Positions 27,535 to 41,057 of a stretch of DNA of 64,000 nucleotides are shown here, in pieces (positions within the stretch are counted from its first letter, which is position 1; the number at the start of each line of letters is the position of its first letter). This stretch comes from Octopus vulgaris. Taxonomy: Eukaryota. The stretch is taken from assembly GCA_951406725.2 (NCBI GenBank), contig OX597815.1, positions 180,544,001-180,608,000 of the forward strand. Reading direction: 5' to 3'. The notes beneath the pieces were generated by a model. It searched no databases, was not told the DNA's origin, and was given only the letters and a program-made list of their open reading frames with translations. Position numbers and translations under genes: made by a program.

Positions 27535-27917
27535 TGCAGTTTCGGCAGCCGGGGGTGTTTGTCTCCCCTTCGTATATGTAAAAATGAGTTGCGACATCGC
27601 TGGCGCCAAGCACTATCGGCCTTTTGCTTTTCCCTTGGATAACATCAGTGGTGTGGAGAGGGGAGACCGGTATGCATGGCCTTCCACAAACAACCTTGCT
27701 CGGACTTGTGCCTGGGAGGGGAACGTTCTAGGTGCAATCCTATGGTCATTCATAACCGAAGGGGGTCTCCTATATATCATTTAATTGAACGCGACGCATC
27801 CATTTCCAAGTAAGTTTATGTTCATCTTTTTGATGCGACTCTTTATACTCTTTACTTTCTCCATCCCTCTCTAATTCCCCTTTTCTCCCCTCCCCCTTCA
27901 CCGTTTTCTATGTCTCT

Positions 27918-28027
27918 GTCTCTCTCCCCTCTTTCTCGTTCTATCTCTCCCCTCTTTCTCGTTCTATCTCTCCCCTCTTTCTCGTTCTATCTCTCCCCTC
28001 TTTCTCGTTCTATCTCTCCCCTCTTTC
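27918..28027. repeat. 23-bp pyrimidine-rich minisatellite, about 4.7 copies
   Basis: Unit TCTCTCCCCTCTTTCTCGTTCTA in tandem. Confidence 0.9.
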
Positions 28028-28538
28028 TCTTTCTCTCTCTCTCGTTGCTCACACGTAACCATCATCCATCTTTCTTTTCCTCACGTAATCATCTTTCTTT
28101 TACTGCACGGAAAAGAGCAGACGTGTGTTTCTTTCTCTCTCTCTCCCTCTCCTATCTTTTCTCTTTTCAAAAAAAAAAAAACGTTTCTCCCAGCGTTCAC
28201 TATTTTCCTCTCGTTCTGGTCTAACGATCCTCCATGTTTGTTTCCGTTCGGTTTCCTTGTTTCCACAGTCAATTTTTCCCAAGTTTGACCCTCCATAAAT
28301 CTTAAATTTTATTTTAGAATTTATGGGAGCAACGTCTTTGAAGACTCATATTGTCGTTGAATGCTCGAAATGAGGAGTAGGTACAGCCGACAACTGATAA
28401 AGGGTCCTTTCTTTGTGTTGTATTATTTTCTATTTTTTCTTTTTAACGTATTTTACTCGTTTCCCCCTCGTTTGTTTACGTATTTCCGTATTTCAAGTTA
28501 TTTGCACCGTTGGTGACGTCCTGTACCCATATACATGC

Positions 28539-29025
<487 letters not shown>

Positions 29026-29199
29026 AATAAATAGGTGGTATATGTAAGCATATGTCCTTTTATGTAAAAAAAAATAATAAAAGATATATGTGTACATATG
29101 TTATGAATCCATGGATTAAAACATTGTACAAAATATGTACAAAATTGTTTAAGGGTTCATGAATTAAAATATTTACAAAACCTAAAATTGGTAATGCGA

Positions 29200-29665
29200 A
29201 CATATTCAGGCACAGTTTGTATTTTTCAAGAAATGTATTTTCTTTATTTAATCGTTGTTGCATAGAGATTGTTTCCTTGCTCTGGTAGACGGGGAAAACC
29301 GTAAAGTTTGGTTGGAGATTCCCTGCACATCTCTCTATGTGTCCGCTCAATGGTATCTGTCTATATCTTGGGAAACGAATCTGTTCCCTATAAACTGTAG
29401 TTGTTTAAAAGACAACCTTGTTTGGCTTATATAGTTGTGTCCACATCCTGAACAAGTTATCACATAAATTCAATTTTGGGATGCACAAGGGAAATTAGTT
29501 TTAATTGTGAATCTTTGTCCATGTATGAAGTGAAATTCCGAACCTTCCAGTAGGCTGGAGCATACTCCACAGTTTGGGCGTCCGCATCTTTTAAGAATTG
29601 GTTCCGCTGTTGTTGGGTATAATTTCGAATTTTTCGGTATTCGTTTTAGTGATTTAGGTTGATTT
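29200..29665 (-). pseudogene. Penelope-like element GIY-YIG endonuclease fragment
   Basis: QPKSLKRI..CGRPNCGVC..EGSEFHF..FPCASQN..YVITCSGCGHNYISQT..LSGHIERCAGNLQPNFTVFPVY..RLNKENTFLEKYKLCLN; homologous to 60241-60720. Confidence 0.85.
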
Positions 29666-30551
29666 GTGTATTTGTAGAATGTGGTTCCCCTTTGGGTCTC
29701 TTGCGAGCATATCCTCCAAAAAAAAGTGTATCCCACAAAAATGCAATTACCTCTTCTGTCTTGAATATTAATAATCACCAACCTAGCTCATTTTACGAAC
29801 AAGCCCTTACGCAACCAACAAGGACTAAGATACCACGAAATAGTCAGACTGTCACCAATTTCTCAGTCATGATTAGCAAAACGTGAAACCGGTAGAGTCC
29901 GCGTAAACAAATTCTGTCTGGCCCGCCCATGCAAGCATGGAAAAGTGGATTTTGAAACGACGACGATGATGTTACTAATGGTGGTGGTGGTGCTGGTGGT
30001 GATGGTGCTGTTGGTGTTGGTGGTGGTGATGGAGTTTCAATCACATACACATACACACATACACAAAAACAAGAAAATTAATAGAAAAATACGAATAAAA
30101 ATATCAACATATGCGTGAAAGTGGGAAAGAAACTAGAAGTTATACGTTAAGCACATTAATTCGGTCAACAAGGGTTTTTATTAGTTACACTAATATCTTG
30201 TCGGCTACTCCGCAGTAACAACTCGCCACTATCACCACTTCATTCAGAAGTTGAGGCCGTAAATGTTTTGCAATACTAATGTATTCAGGAATACACACAT
30301 AACTTTAATATGCAAATGACTAATAAGGAAATAGGGAAAATATTGAATATAAAAAAGAAATGGTATTTCTGATACAGGCATCCACACAGCCACATTGGCA
30401 TAAACACATACATACATAAACACATACATACATACATACATACATACATACATACATACATACATACATACATACATACATACATACACTAGCACCGTAT
30501 ATTATGATGTATTTATATATCTTATATGCATGTGTTTATTACATACGTGTG

Positions 30552-30621
<70 letters not shown>

Positions 30622-30747
30622 CACGTGCACGTACACACTCACACATACGCTCACAGACACACACACACATGTTTGGGTGTCTTCATACACACACACACAT
30701 ACATATATAGAAGCAAGCACGTGCATACACATACGCTACACATAAAG

Positions 30748-30778
<31 letters not shown>

Positions 30779-31203
30779 AATGGAAGGAAAGTGAGAGAGA
30801 CAGAGGGTGACATCTGCCCATTTTCCTCTCCCCTCCGCACACTCTTCATTACCTTGCTATGTCTGCGTTTTCTCTGTCTTTTTTCCATCTTCTACACACA
30901 CACACATGCACACACATACACACACACACACACACACATACGCGCTCACACACTGTGTGTGTGTTTTCATACTTATGTGTATGTATATCACAATCCACAC
31001 ACACACACAACGAAATCACACACTCTCTCTCTCTCTATCTATCTATCTCTCTATCTATCTATCCTTTTCTCTCTCTCTCTCTCTGGTCCCCACCCCACGT
31101 TTCCACTCGCTGACGGTAGCGTGGGACTGTAACATTTCTCATGGCCCATTCTTCACTCTCTCTCTCTCATTCTTTCTTTCTTTCTTCCACTCCCTCTCTT
31201 TCT

Positions 31204-31234
<31 letters not shown>

Positions 31235-31471
31235 GCTTTCTCTGTCTCTCTGTCCCTCCCCCCCCTCTTTTTACCTTCAGCAACGGTTACTCTCTGCATT
31301 TCTCTTGTGTCAGGGCCATGGGAAACAACTCAACGTGCAGAATAAGTTTTGTTTGCTCTCACTTTGCTCCCCCTCTTCGTCCCCCCCGCCTCCTCCAAAT
31401 ACACGTATAACATTCTTTTTCTTTTTCATTTCATTTCTTTTCTTTTTTTTTTCATCCTTTCGCTCTTTCTT

Positions 31472-31699
31472 ATCATCACCATCATCATCATCATCATCAC
31501 CACCACCACAACCAGCAGCACCACCACCATCACCACCATCATCATCAGCATCATCATCATCATCATCACCACCAGCACCAGCACCAGCACCACCATCATC
31601 ATCATCATCATCATCATCATCACCATCATCATCACCACCACCACCACCACCACCACATCCACCACCACCACCACCACCACCACCACCACCACCACCACC

Positions 31700-31733
<34 letters not shown>

Positions 31734-31755
31734 TTATCATCACCACCACCAGCAC

Positions 31756-31838
<83 letters not shown>

Positions 31839-31840
31839 GC
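31472..31840. repeat. Compound (CAT)n/(CAC)n/(CAG)n triplet repeat
   Basis: About 370 bp of CAN triplets held essentially in one phase. Confidence 0.95.
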
Positions 31841-32181
31841 GGCAGAAATTGTAACAAACATCATCACCATCAATCCAACGCTTGAAAGTTTGACTCCGTA
31901 TGCACAGAATAATGGCAAACGAGGGTTTGCGTTCTGGCTGTGCATTTGGTTCATCAGGCACGAGGAGGGCAGAAGTTCTTAAGACCAGCCTTCATCTATC
32001 TTCTCCGGAGGGCTGTCTTTCTTTTCAGATGCTATCTTTTATGTTATTAGTATACACACACACGCACGCGCGGGCGTACACACACACATACATACACACA
32101 CAAATATATAGATACATATACATACATATATGTGCGTGTATATATACATACATACATACATGCATATACATACATACCTAC

Positions 32182-32235
<54 letters not shown>

Positions 32236-32460
32236 ATCACGCGATCACGTGACCGACCAGACCATCAGATGTTGTTACACATCGCTGGTCACAATGCGTT
32301 CGCATTGTTTTAGCCTTCGAATGACGCCACCCCGCTAGCTAAGCGAGCAGGTCAATATATATATATATATATATATATACGTACACATATATATGTGTGT
32401 GTGTGGTGTGTATATATATATATATATATATACATACATCGAAATTCCTCTTTGCTGTAT

Positions 32461-32493
<33 letters not shown>

Positions 32494-32504
32494 AATATAT
32501 ATAT

Positions 32505-32574
<70 letters not shown>

Positions 32575-32578
<4 letters not shown>

Positions 32579-33071
32579 ATATTTCGGAATGGTCATATTG
32601 CCAGTTTAGCCAATAAAAACACACGCACTATATATTTGGTGTTATTTTGCTTCAGTGATATTTATTTTTTACATTATTCTTAATCTTATTTCGGCCAAAG
32701 TTCTTTCGTCACACTCCTGTGACCGCATCAGTGGTCCTTTGTTTTCTTCTCACTTACTTGTGTCTCTCCTTACTAACCGTCAGCCATTTTGTATTTCTAT
32801 TGTATGTCTTCATTTGCGCATGCTTATATCTCTATGTGCGTCTATGTTTATTTAGTGTGTGGGGGGGATGTCTGTAATATTTGTATCTTCTGGTTATATA
32901 CATTCTTGTAATTTGTATTTTGTTTTTGTTGTTGTTGCTTTTGTTCTAATTTTGTTCATGTGTTTACATCCACCCATTATTATCATTACATATGCTTGTA
33001 TGTATGTATAACAACAATATTAGTAATAATAATAATAAATCTAATCGAGAAAAAAAAAAAAAAAAAAAAGA

Positions 33072-33108
<37 letters not shown>

Positions 33109-33739
33109 CACATACATATACATATATATATATACATATATACACACATATATACACATATACATATACATATATATACACATATACATACACATAGATA
33201 TTCATTTCTATTTCTTTAATTACCTGTGTATTTATTATGTTTGCAGGATCCACTATTGTCATATGTTGTGGTGTGCGCTATTGCTCCATTCTAGTTTTCT
33301 ATTCAGGCTAGGTTTATTTTCTATTATATGTGTAGCTTCTGTAATTTGTCTAATTGTTGCATCTGTTCTATGTGTGGACAATATCTTAATCTCTATGTTA
33401 TTGATTGATCCCCCGTGTTCTTGTTCGGCGTGTTGGTACAGACATCCCCCCCCACACACTAAATAAACATAGACGCACATAGAGATATAAGCATGCGCAA
33501 ATGAAGACATACAATAGAAATACAAAATGGCTGACGGTTAGTAAGGAGAGACACAAGTAAGTGAGAAGAAAACAAAGGACCACTGATGCGGTCACAGGAG
33601 TGTGACGAAAGAACTTTGGCCGAAATAAGATTAAGATTAATGTAAAAAATAAATATCACTGAAGCAAAATAACACCAAATATATAGTGCGTGTGTTTTTA
33701 TTGGCTAAACTGGCAATATGACCATTCCGAAATATAACA
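32575..33739. repeat. Inverted repeat with ~300-bp near-identical arms (32575-32876 / 33437-33739), PLE pLTR-like, each with an HHR-like motif
   Basis: Mirror ORFs at 32655(+) and 33459(-); CCA-CTGATGC-G-GTCACA-ggag-TGTGAC-GAAA-GAACT-T-TGG at 33580-33619. Confidence 0.88.
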
Positions 33740-33797
33740 ATATCTGTTTCAACACACGACTTCACATAAAAAATCTTGCACAACAAATATTTAAACG

Positions 33798-33848
<51 letters not shown>

Positions 33849-34179
33849 GGCGGGAGTGAATTACAGAGACAGATCGATAGATAGATCGGTAGATAGATTA
33901 GTTATAGGATTCATTAGAATCTATGCACATCACCGTGTAAGACACGAGAAATGGCTGGGTTCAATAACATGGGGTTCACAGGGAGGTAGAACAACCATGT
34001 GGTATCATGTGTTGGTAAGCTACTTTAGGTATGTAAGTACCAAATCGGAGATCCGATTCATGGCTGCTTCTAGGTGCCGCGTAGGTATAAAAAAAGGACA
34101 CAAATGGGGTTTAAAATTTACGACAGCTGTTTCGGTAGGATTTTATCGCTGTATTCATAGATTACATCATGCCATATGG

Positions 34180-34563
34180 ATGGAAGCACTCCGTCGGTTA
34201 CGACGACGAGGGTTCCGGTTGATCCGATCAACGGAACAGCCTGCTCGTGAAATTAACGTGTAAGTGGCTGAGCACTCCACAGACACGTGTACCCTTAACG
34301 TAGTTCTCGGGGATATTCAGCGTGACACAGAGAGTGAGAAGGCCGGCCCTTTGAAATACAGGTACAACAGAAGCAGGAAGTAAGAGTGAGAGAAAGTTGT
34401 GGTGAAAGAGTACAGCAGGGATCACCACCATCCCCTGCCGGAGCCTCGTGGAGCTTTAAGTGTTTTCGCTCAATAAACACTCACAACGCCCGGTCTGGGA
34501 ATCGAAACCGCGATCCCACGACCGCGAGTCCGCTGCCCTAACCACTGGGCCATTGCGCCTCTA
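34180..34563 (-). mobile_element. SINE family D (tRNA-Arg-like head), full length
   Basis: GGCGCAATGGCCCAGTGGTTAGGGCAGCGGACTCGCGGTCGTGGGATCGCGGTTTCGATTCCC; TSD ACATCATGCCATAT. Confidence 0.9.
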
Positions 34564-34989
34564 CACATCATGCCATATAAACCACCATCTTCAGGTAAAA
34601 TTTTAAATGGTTGTTTAATTTCTTAGTAAAACTGGTTTGATCTGCTATGCAGGGCTATCGTGTGGCGAGGCACTCTATATTTATTTGTGTTGCTAAAGTT
34701 TTTGCTATACACCTTGGGATTGTTTTTGTAGGTTTTGTTGTATTTTTAAATGATAATTTGGTGTACATGTTTTAAGTTTTGTCGACTAGTACATATCATA
34801 ATATTTAAAAGTCTGTAGGAAGATATACATTCGTTTAGCTATTTTACAAATGTTCAAATGGCTTTCAGAATTTTTATGAATTTCTTCTTTTCCGTTTTAA
34901 TACCAAGGCCTTTGATTTATTTTAATTTTTCTTTGCTTCTTATGGAGACAAAATTTATTGTCTGCATTTAAAAAAAATATTTTATCTTA

Positions 34990-35390
34990 TACTTGTTTCA
35001 GTCATTAGACTGCGGCCATGCTTGGGCACCTCCGTGAAGAATTTTAATCGAACGAATCTATCCCAGTACTTAGTCTATCGGTCTCCTTTGCCGAACCGCT
35101 AAGTTATGAGGACATAAACACACCAACAGAGGTTGTCAAGTAGTGATGAAGGACATACACAAATATAAGCTCACACTCAGACGCACACAGACACCGACAC
35201 AGACACAGAGACACAGACACACACGTATTTATGATGGGCTTCTTTCAGTTTCCATCTATCAAATCCACTCACAAGTCTTCGGTCGACACGAAGCTCTAGT
35301 AGAAAACGCTTGTGCAGTGTGCCATGCAGTGGAACTGAACTCGGAACCATGTGATTGAGTGACGACTTCTTACTCCACGACCACGCCCGC
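34990..35390 (-). mobile_element. SINE family A (old, diverged)
   Basis: Family match. Confidence 0.8.
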
Positions 35391-35404
35391 GCGTGTACAT
35401 ATGT

Positions 35405-35740
35405 GGAAGCACTCCGTCGGTTACGACGATGAGGGTCCCGGTTGATCCGAATCAACGGAACAGCCTGCTCGTGAAATTAACGTGTAAGTGGCTGAGCACT
35501 CCACAGACACGTGTACCCTTAACGTAGTTCTCGGGGATATTCAGCGTGACACAGAGAGTGAGAAGGCCGGCCCTTTAAAATACAGGTACAACAGAAACAG
35601 GAAGTAAGAGTGAGAGAAAGTTGTGGTGAAAGAGTACAGCAGGGATCACCACCGTCCCCTGCCGGAGCCTCGTGGAGCTTTAAGTGTTTTCGGTCAATAA
35701 ACACTCACAACGCCCGGTCTGGGAATCGAAACCGCGATCC
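35405..35740 (-). mobile_element. SINE family D, 5'-truncated
   Basis: Near-identical to 34182-34517. Confidence 0.9.
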
Positions 35741-36437
35741 TATGACATATGTATTGATTGTGTCAATAACCACAAAAACAACAGCGAGAACGATGATCAC
35801 ATCACCAATCACAACTTCCCAAACTATAGCAACAACGGCACCACCGATCAAAGATGCGTTACGGGTTTGCACTTCTCCGCAAAGCAAACTCATACCCACG
35901 TCCACTAACGTGATCATAATTCTTATTTGGATTCCGTGACAAGTAATGAGGGGGGGGGGGATTTGGGGGTGCGAGGTTGAATCGCGAAGCGGTTGAAAAG
36001 AATAAAAAAGAACAGGATCCGTTGTCTCTTCCTCAAAACCCAAAAGGTTGGCGCGACAAAGGTCATGCAAGCATGGGAAGCCACATCAAAAGAACCACCT
36101 ACGACAACTCTGCCACCACCGCTGCCAACGGCGATGGCGACCATCATCACCGCCGCCTTCACAACGACAACAATAATGGCGATGACGACGACGTCGTCGA
36201 CAAAACAACAACAACAACAACAAAATGAACATAAACAACGAAACCCACTCTCACAGTAACCAATGCAAATGCTTCAAGACTATTAGCAAAATGGAAAAAG
36301 AAAAAAAACAACATCCAACTACAAGAACAGGGTCTGCATCATCATCATCATCATCAACAACAAAATGACGAAAACATACGCAGAGCAATTTCTGAACCTC
36401 ACTGTTGTTATTATTATTATTATTATTACTGTTGTTT

Positions 36438-36469
<32 letters not shown>

Positions 36470-36486
36470 ATTATTATTATTATTCA

Positions 36487-36639
36487 GTTCAAGACCTGGA
36501 ATGGAACTCAGTATCTTGGGGTTAGTAGCTCGCGCTCTTAACCACTAAGCCCACGGGTATATGGTGTAGTGGTTAAGAGCACGGGCTACTAACCCCAAGA
36601 TTCCGAGTTCGATTCCATAGAGTGACCTAAATAATAATG

Positions 36640-36672
<33 letters not shown>

Positions 36673-36830
36673 TCGAAAAATACCTTAGGAATAAGAACCC
36701 AGGTTCGAAATTTCCCCAAAACACCTGATTAAGGGTGGAGGGTATATCAGCCGAAACGTTGTATTAACAATAAATAAACAAGATGAGGACAAGTATCTAT
36801 CAAATGTAAATAATGTAAATAATGTAAATA
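36487..36830 (+). mobile_element. tRNA-headed repeat (with inverted head duplicate) carrying an HHR-like motif at 36720-36765
   Basis: A box TGGTGTAGTGG (36562), B box GAGTTCGATTCC (36605), inverted copy at 36487-36547; AACAC-CTGATTA-A-GGGTG..CAGCC-GAAA-CGT-T-GTATT. Confidence 0.65.
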
Positions 36831-36949
36831 ATATACGTTTCTTAGATAACCACTGAGTTTTATCGGTGTAATGCTATTGGGTGGACCAATTTGCATTTGA
36901 AACGCATTCCTGACAACTGGTACGTACGTATTAATTATTCTTTTATTCT

Positions 36950-37136
36950 ATTGTTTCTGACGTTTGACAACGGCCATACTGGAGCACCGCACATAGTGGT
37001 AGAAATCGATCCCAGGACTTTGTAAGCCTAGTACTTATTCTATCGCTGTCTTTTGCTGAACCGCTAGTTTACGGGGACGTAAGCACACCAACATCGGTCA
37101 TCAAGCGACGGTGGGGGGACAAACACACAAACACAC

Positions 37137-37183
<47 letters not shown>

Positions 37184-37497
37184 GACGGGCTTCTTTCAGT
37201 TTCCAGCTACTAAATCCACTCAAAAGGCTTTGGTCGGCCCGGGGATATACGGCGTCACATATTGAGACTGAACTCGGAACCATGTGGTCGGGAAGCAAGC
37301 TTGTTACCACGCAGCCACGTCTGTGCCTAATATATAGGCTGGACTTCTTCCAGTTTCCATCTCCTAAATCTACTCAAAAGGCTTTGCTCAGCCTGAGGCT
37401 ATAGTTGAAGACACTTGCCCAAGGTGTCACGCAGTAGGACTGAACCCAGAACCATGTAGTTGGGAAGCAAGTTTCTTACCACACAACCACTCCTGCA
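36950..37497 (-). mobile_element. SINE family A with an extra tandem head
   Basis: Two heads (to ~37325 and ~37497) and one tail; flanked by a ~35-bp imperfect direct repeat GCATTCCTGACAACT.GTAC.TAC..ATTAATTA. Confidence 0.8.
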
Positions 37498-37804
37498 TTC
37501 CTGACAACTTGTACATACAGATTAATTACTAGTAAGAACTCCGTATTTCGTTTTACAATCATAATATTGTACGAAATATACCAAGTATTTATAAATCAAT
37601 ACTGTATCCTACTTTTATATTTTCGATTGTATTGTTAACAGTGCTGGCTCCTCTAAATTCTATAGGAAACCTGTAGAGTTAACTTAAAAGATGGGGGAGA
37701 AAGGGGGAGAAAGCCGTTCCCAAACCGGAGACTTGGTCCGAAAGCCGGGTGGTAGTGTTACGCCAGGCGGTGAGTTTTACAAAACTTGTCGATTTTCCTG
37801 AACA

Positions 37805-38120
37805 GGAGCACTCTGTCGGTTACGATGACGAGGGTCCCAGCTGATACGATCAACAGCTTGTTCGTGAAATTAATGTGCAAGTGGCTGAGCAATCCACAGA
37901 CACGTGTACCCCTAGCGTAGTTCTCAGAGAAATTCAGCGTAATACAGAGTGTGACACAGTTGATTCTTTGAAATACAAGTGCCACTCCTTTTTTGCCAGC
38001 TGAATGGACAGGAACAACGTGAAATAAAATGGCTTGCTCAAGGACACAACGCATCGCCGAGAATTGAACTGGCGACCTTACAATCGTGAGTCGAATGCCC
38101 TAACCACTAAGCCACGCGCC
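37805..38120 (-). mobile_element. tRNA-SINE (C-type head, D-type tail)
   Basis: Matches the 12867 element; TSD TCCTGAACAG. Confidence 0.82.
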
Positions 38121-38179
38121 TTTACATGTCCTGAACAGATACAGTTAGTAACTTTATCCGTTTAATTTCTTCAAAAATA

Positions 38180-39560
38180 TCAACTTCACTGAAAATTACT
38201 TTACCCAAATACATAAATGGAGATTTTTCCGAGTTCACTGAGCAGTACACCGCAGCAGGGAAAACGAGCATACACAGAACTGAACTTTCTTGCAGGGCAA
38301 TTTAGTTTCAAGCCCTAAGTGTTAGTTTATTGATAAAGATCCTTAGAAATGTTTTGCTTTCAGAAAAGCTCCCAATATCAGCCGCATATTGAAGAGCTGC
38401 TGCAATGCACTCACGTCGAATAGTGTCGTTTGAGATGAGTCCGTCTTGTAAATCGCTTTTATGATATGGTTCATGACATGAGTGACATTAATGACAACAT
38501 AGATCCTTGCCAGACTGCATTCATTGATTTGTAGAACTCTAAACGATCCGATCCGCGCCTATGATCTTTGTACTTTATACAAATTTTGAAGTAGAGCAAT
38601 CGCTTCAGTTTTTTGAACACATCTTTTCTGTAGACTGGATCAAAAGCTCTCTGAATTTCAAGAGAAAAAAAAAATAGAATAGATTGATTAAACCCTTGTC
38701 AACATCTCGGAGTTTTAAGTTAACTTTTGGAGCAATATAGTCTCTTTCTTGGTAGAAGCCGGCTTGATCAGACCAGAAGATTCATGAAATTTGTGGAGGC
38801 AGTTAAAACTCTTTGTTCAAACCTTTTCGTGATTGAACTTATTAACGAATTCCCACAGTAGTTTTCAAATAAGGAACGGCAACTTTTCTTTGTGTATAGG
38901 TACACAAAGGGCATCAGACCAGTCAAAATGTGTTTCCTGTTCCTTCTAGACAGTGTGACACGTAATTCAGTTGGGCCCTCTAGTTAACGGTTAAAGTAGT
39001 TCTGAAGGAATTCCACCTGGGTCACATGGTTTTACCATTGTGTTGTTTATTAGCATCATTGGCTGGTTCAATTTGAGTAGAAGCAGATTTGAACTGACGA
39101 CTGGAAATCAGTTTTCCACATCATGATAATAAGAACGATTGAAAATGAGTAGAAAGGTAATGGGATCCATAACTGATTGGAGCTGATGTTAAATCACTGG
39201 GGAACCGACGAATAGTGCAGCTATGTTAAGATCACAGGTCGCAGCAGAATGTTCAGTTGTCAAAATAATTATTTATCAATTTTCATTATCCGTTGCAAGT
39301 GAAGCTTTTATTTAAACGACTAATGTTTCTCTCAAGTGATTCAGATCTGTAAAGCAAGTCGTTAGGTGTCAAGCAGTTGTGTGGTATTTGGAGAGTTTCA
39401 TTTACCAGGGAAATGTTTTCTAACAGTCACAGACAAAGTCCTAAGCGAAATCTAGTGAGATCTTTAACTAATGTTCTTAATTTGTAGAGAAGGTACAGAC
39501 AGAGACATCGTGAATAAGCTTTTGAAATGTTTAAGCGAGCAGCTTCTTCATTTAGGCGAG
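38180..39560 (-). pseudogene. Highly degenerate LINE (CR1-like) endonuclease/RT remnant
   Basis: Only scattered hints (ETL, GPDALCV, KAFD and PQESSVL-like segments) with many stops. Confidence 0.35.
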
Positions 39561-40538
39561 CTATGTCTGTAAGACTTCCTTTTTGTGCGTAACGCATTGT
39601 AGGAAATCATAGACGCATAGTAGTGATAATGAGTGCAATGTCTGAGTAGATGAACTACAACAATAATGAAAGTAATGTCTGAGTAAGGGGTTCTACTCCT
39701 GTCAGAGCGTCATTTAACAAATGACGCTTTCTATCGACGTTGAAAAACAAACGAAGTCTGTTTGACTTTTTGATCCATCTGGTTGAATAAGTGTATACAT
39801 TTTCCGCTTGAAATTTTGGAATACTGAAGAATAGTCTGCTGTCTAAACAAATGTTAAACAGACGTTATCCATTAACTGTTTTTTTGTTGATCGCTCACGA
39901 TCCATCCAAATGGTGCTGGGTTTTGGTTAAAATTCCAATATTTGTGTAAAATTACCGGAAGTAATTATCAAATATGAATGACTAAAGAATGTCTTTCAAA
40001 TCAGCATAGAAGGCAGGCATTGAATTTTCCTCAGTCATGTCTATAGGCTTTTACACTAAGACAAGGAAAAGATTGGTGCCATGTCCTGTTTGATTGGCAG
40101 CTCTGACACGAATCGCATCACAATGACATGAAATGCGATGCCAGTTAAATAACGACTCGTATATTTTCGGGAAACCTAAATTCTGACATCTGTCGAATCC
40201 TGGCGATTAAAGTGTAGTTGGTATATTCTATCATTAAGTTTCGTTGATTCAGTAGTCCTGATTGTATGGTATGAAGTTTGCTTCCCAACCATAAGGTTCC
40301 GGGTTCAGTCTTACTGCATGGCACCTTGGGCAAGTGACTTCTACTATAGCTCCAAAGCCTTGCGAGCGGGTTTGGTAGACGGAAACTTAAAGAAGGCCGT
40401 CGTATATGTGTATGCGTTTATACTGACATGTATGTATGTATGTATGTATGTATGTATGTATGTATGTATGTATGTATGTATGTATGTATGTATGTATGTA
40501 TGTATATATTTATGTCAAGTCACTTTCGAGTGCTATTG

Positions 40539-41057
40539 GTAACATGTAACCCAGTACAACCTGTTGCATGGTCGGGTCGTCGGCGACTAAACCGGCAACC
40601 CCACCAAGCTTGCTTGGTGAGGGGGGTGTTTATTGGACGACGAAAAACAAAACCCGTCAAAGGGCGGAGGAACTCTTGAGAGTCAACGGCCATCTAATAA
40701 ATGTCTTAAGGCTGTATCATGCGCGGGGACATAGAAATAATCGAACTGAATACCCGATCGCGTGGTTAAACCATTGGGAGTGAAGGTATCCTATCCTTTG
40801 TTAGGGCATCCTTCTAGGAGAAGGTAACTCAGGTAACTGGGATAACTCCGATATAAAACCTGCGGCTCAGTGGTTACCGATGATGTTGACTTGTTCTTCT
40901 TTTCGGATTATGGCTGCTGTTGCTTAGTGAGTGGGATTGACTCAGTGCACAGCCTTTCCTCACTTTAAAAAAAACTCTTCTTGCACAGGCATTGCACGAT
41001 AACAACATTGATTAAGCTTCGTGTAGTGGCCATACTCGATAACGAGGGGCAGCCACC

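Noticed and set aside
27918-28027. Short regularly repeated unit (CRISPR-like?)
   Set aside because: Contiguous tandem units with no spacers, in eukaryotic context; a minisatellite.
29844-29898. HHR-like remnant (TCATG..CGTGAAACCGGTAGAGTC) beside the PLE fragment
   Set aside because: GAAA and the ACCGGT palindrome are present, but there is no recognisable NUGANNA core; at best a decayed copy.
30807-31982. 391-aa (+) and 214-aa (-) ORFs
   Set aside because: They consist of CA/CT dinucleotide and CAN triplet repeats with no recognisable domain or splice support.
34495-34563. tRNA-like sequences here and at 11950, 21987 and 36556
   Set aside because: They lack a proper acceptor stem and terminator and continue into SINE bodies; they are SINE heads, not tRNA genes.
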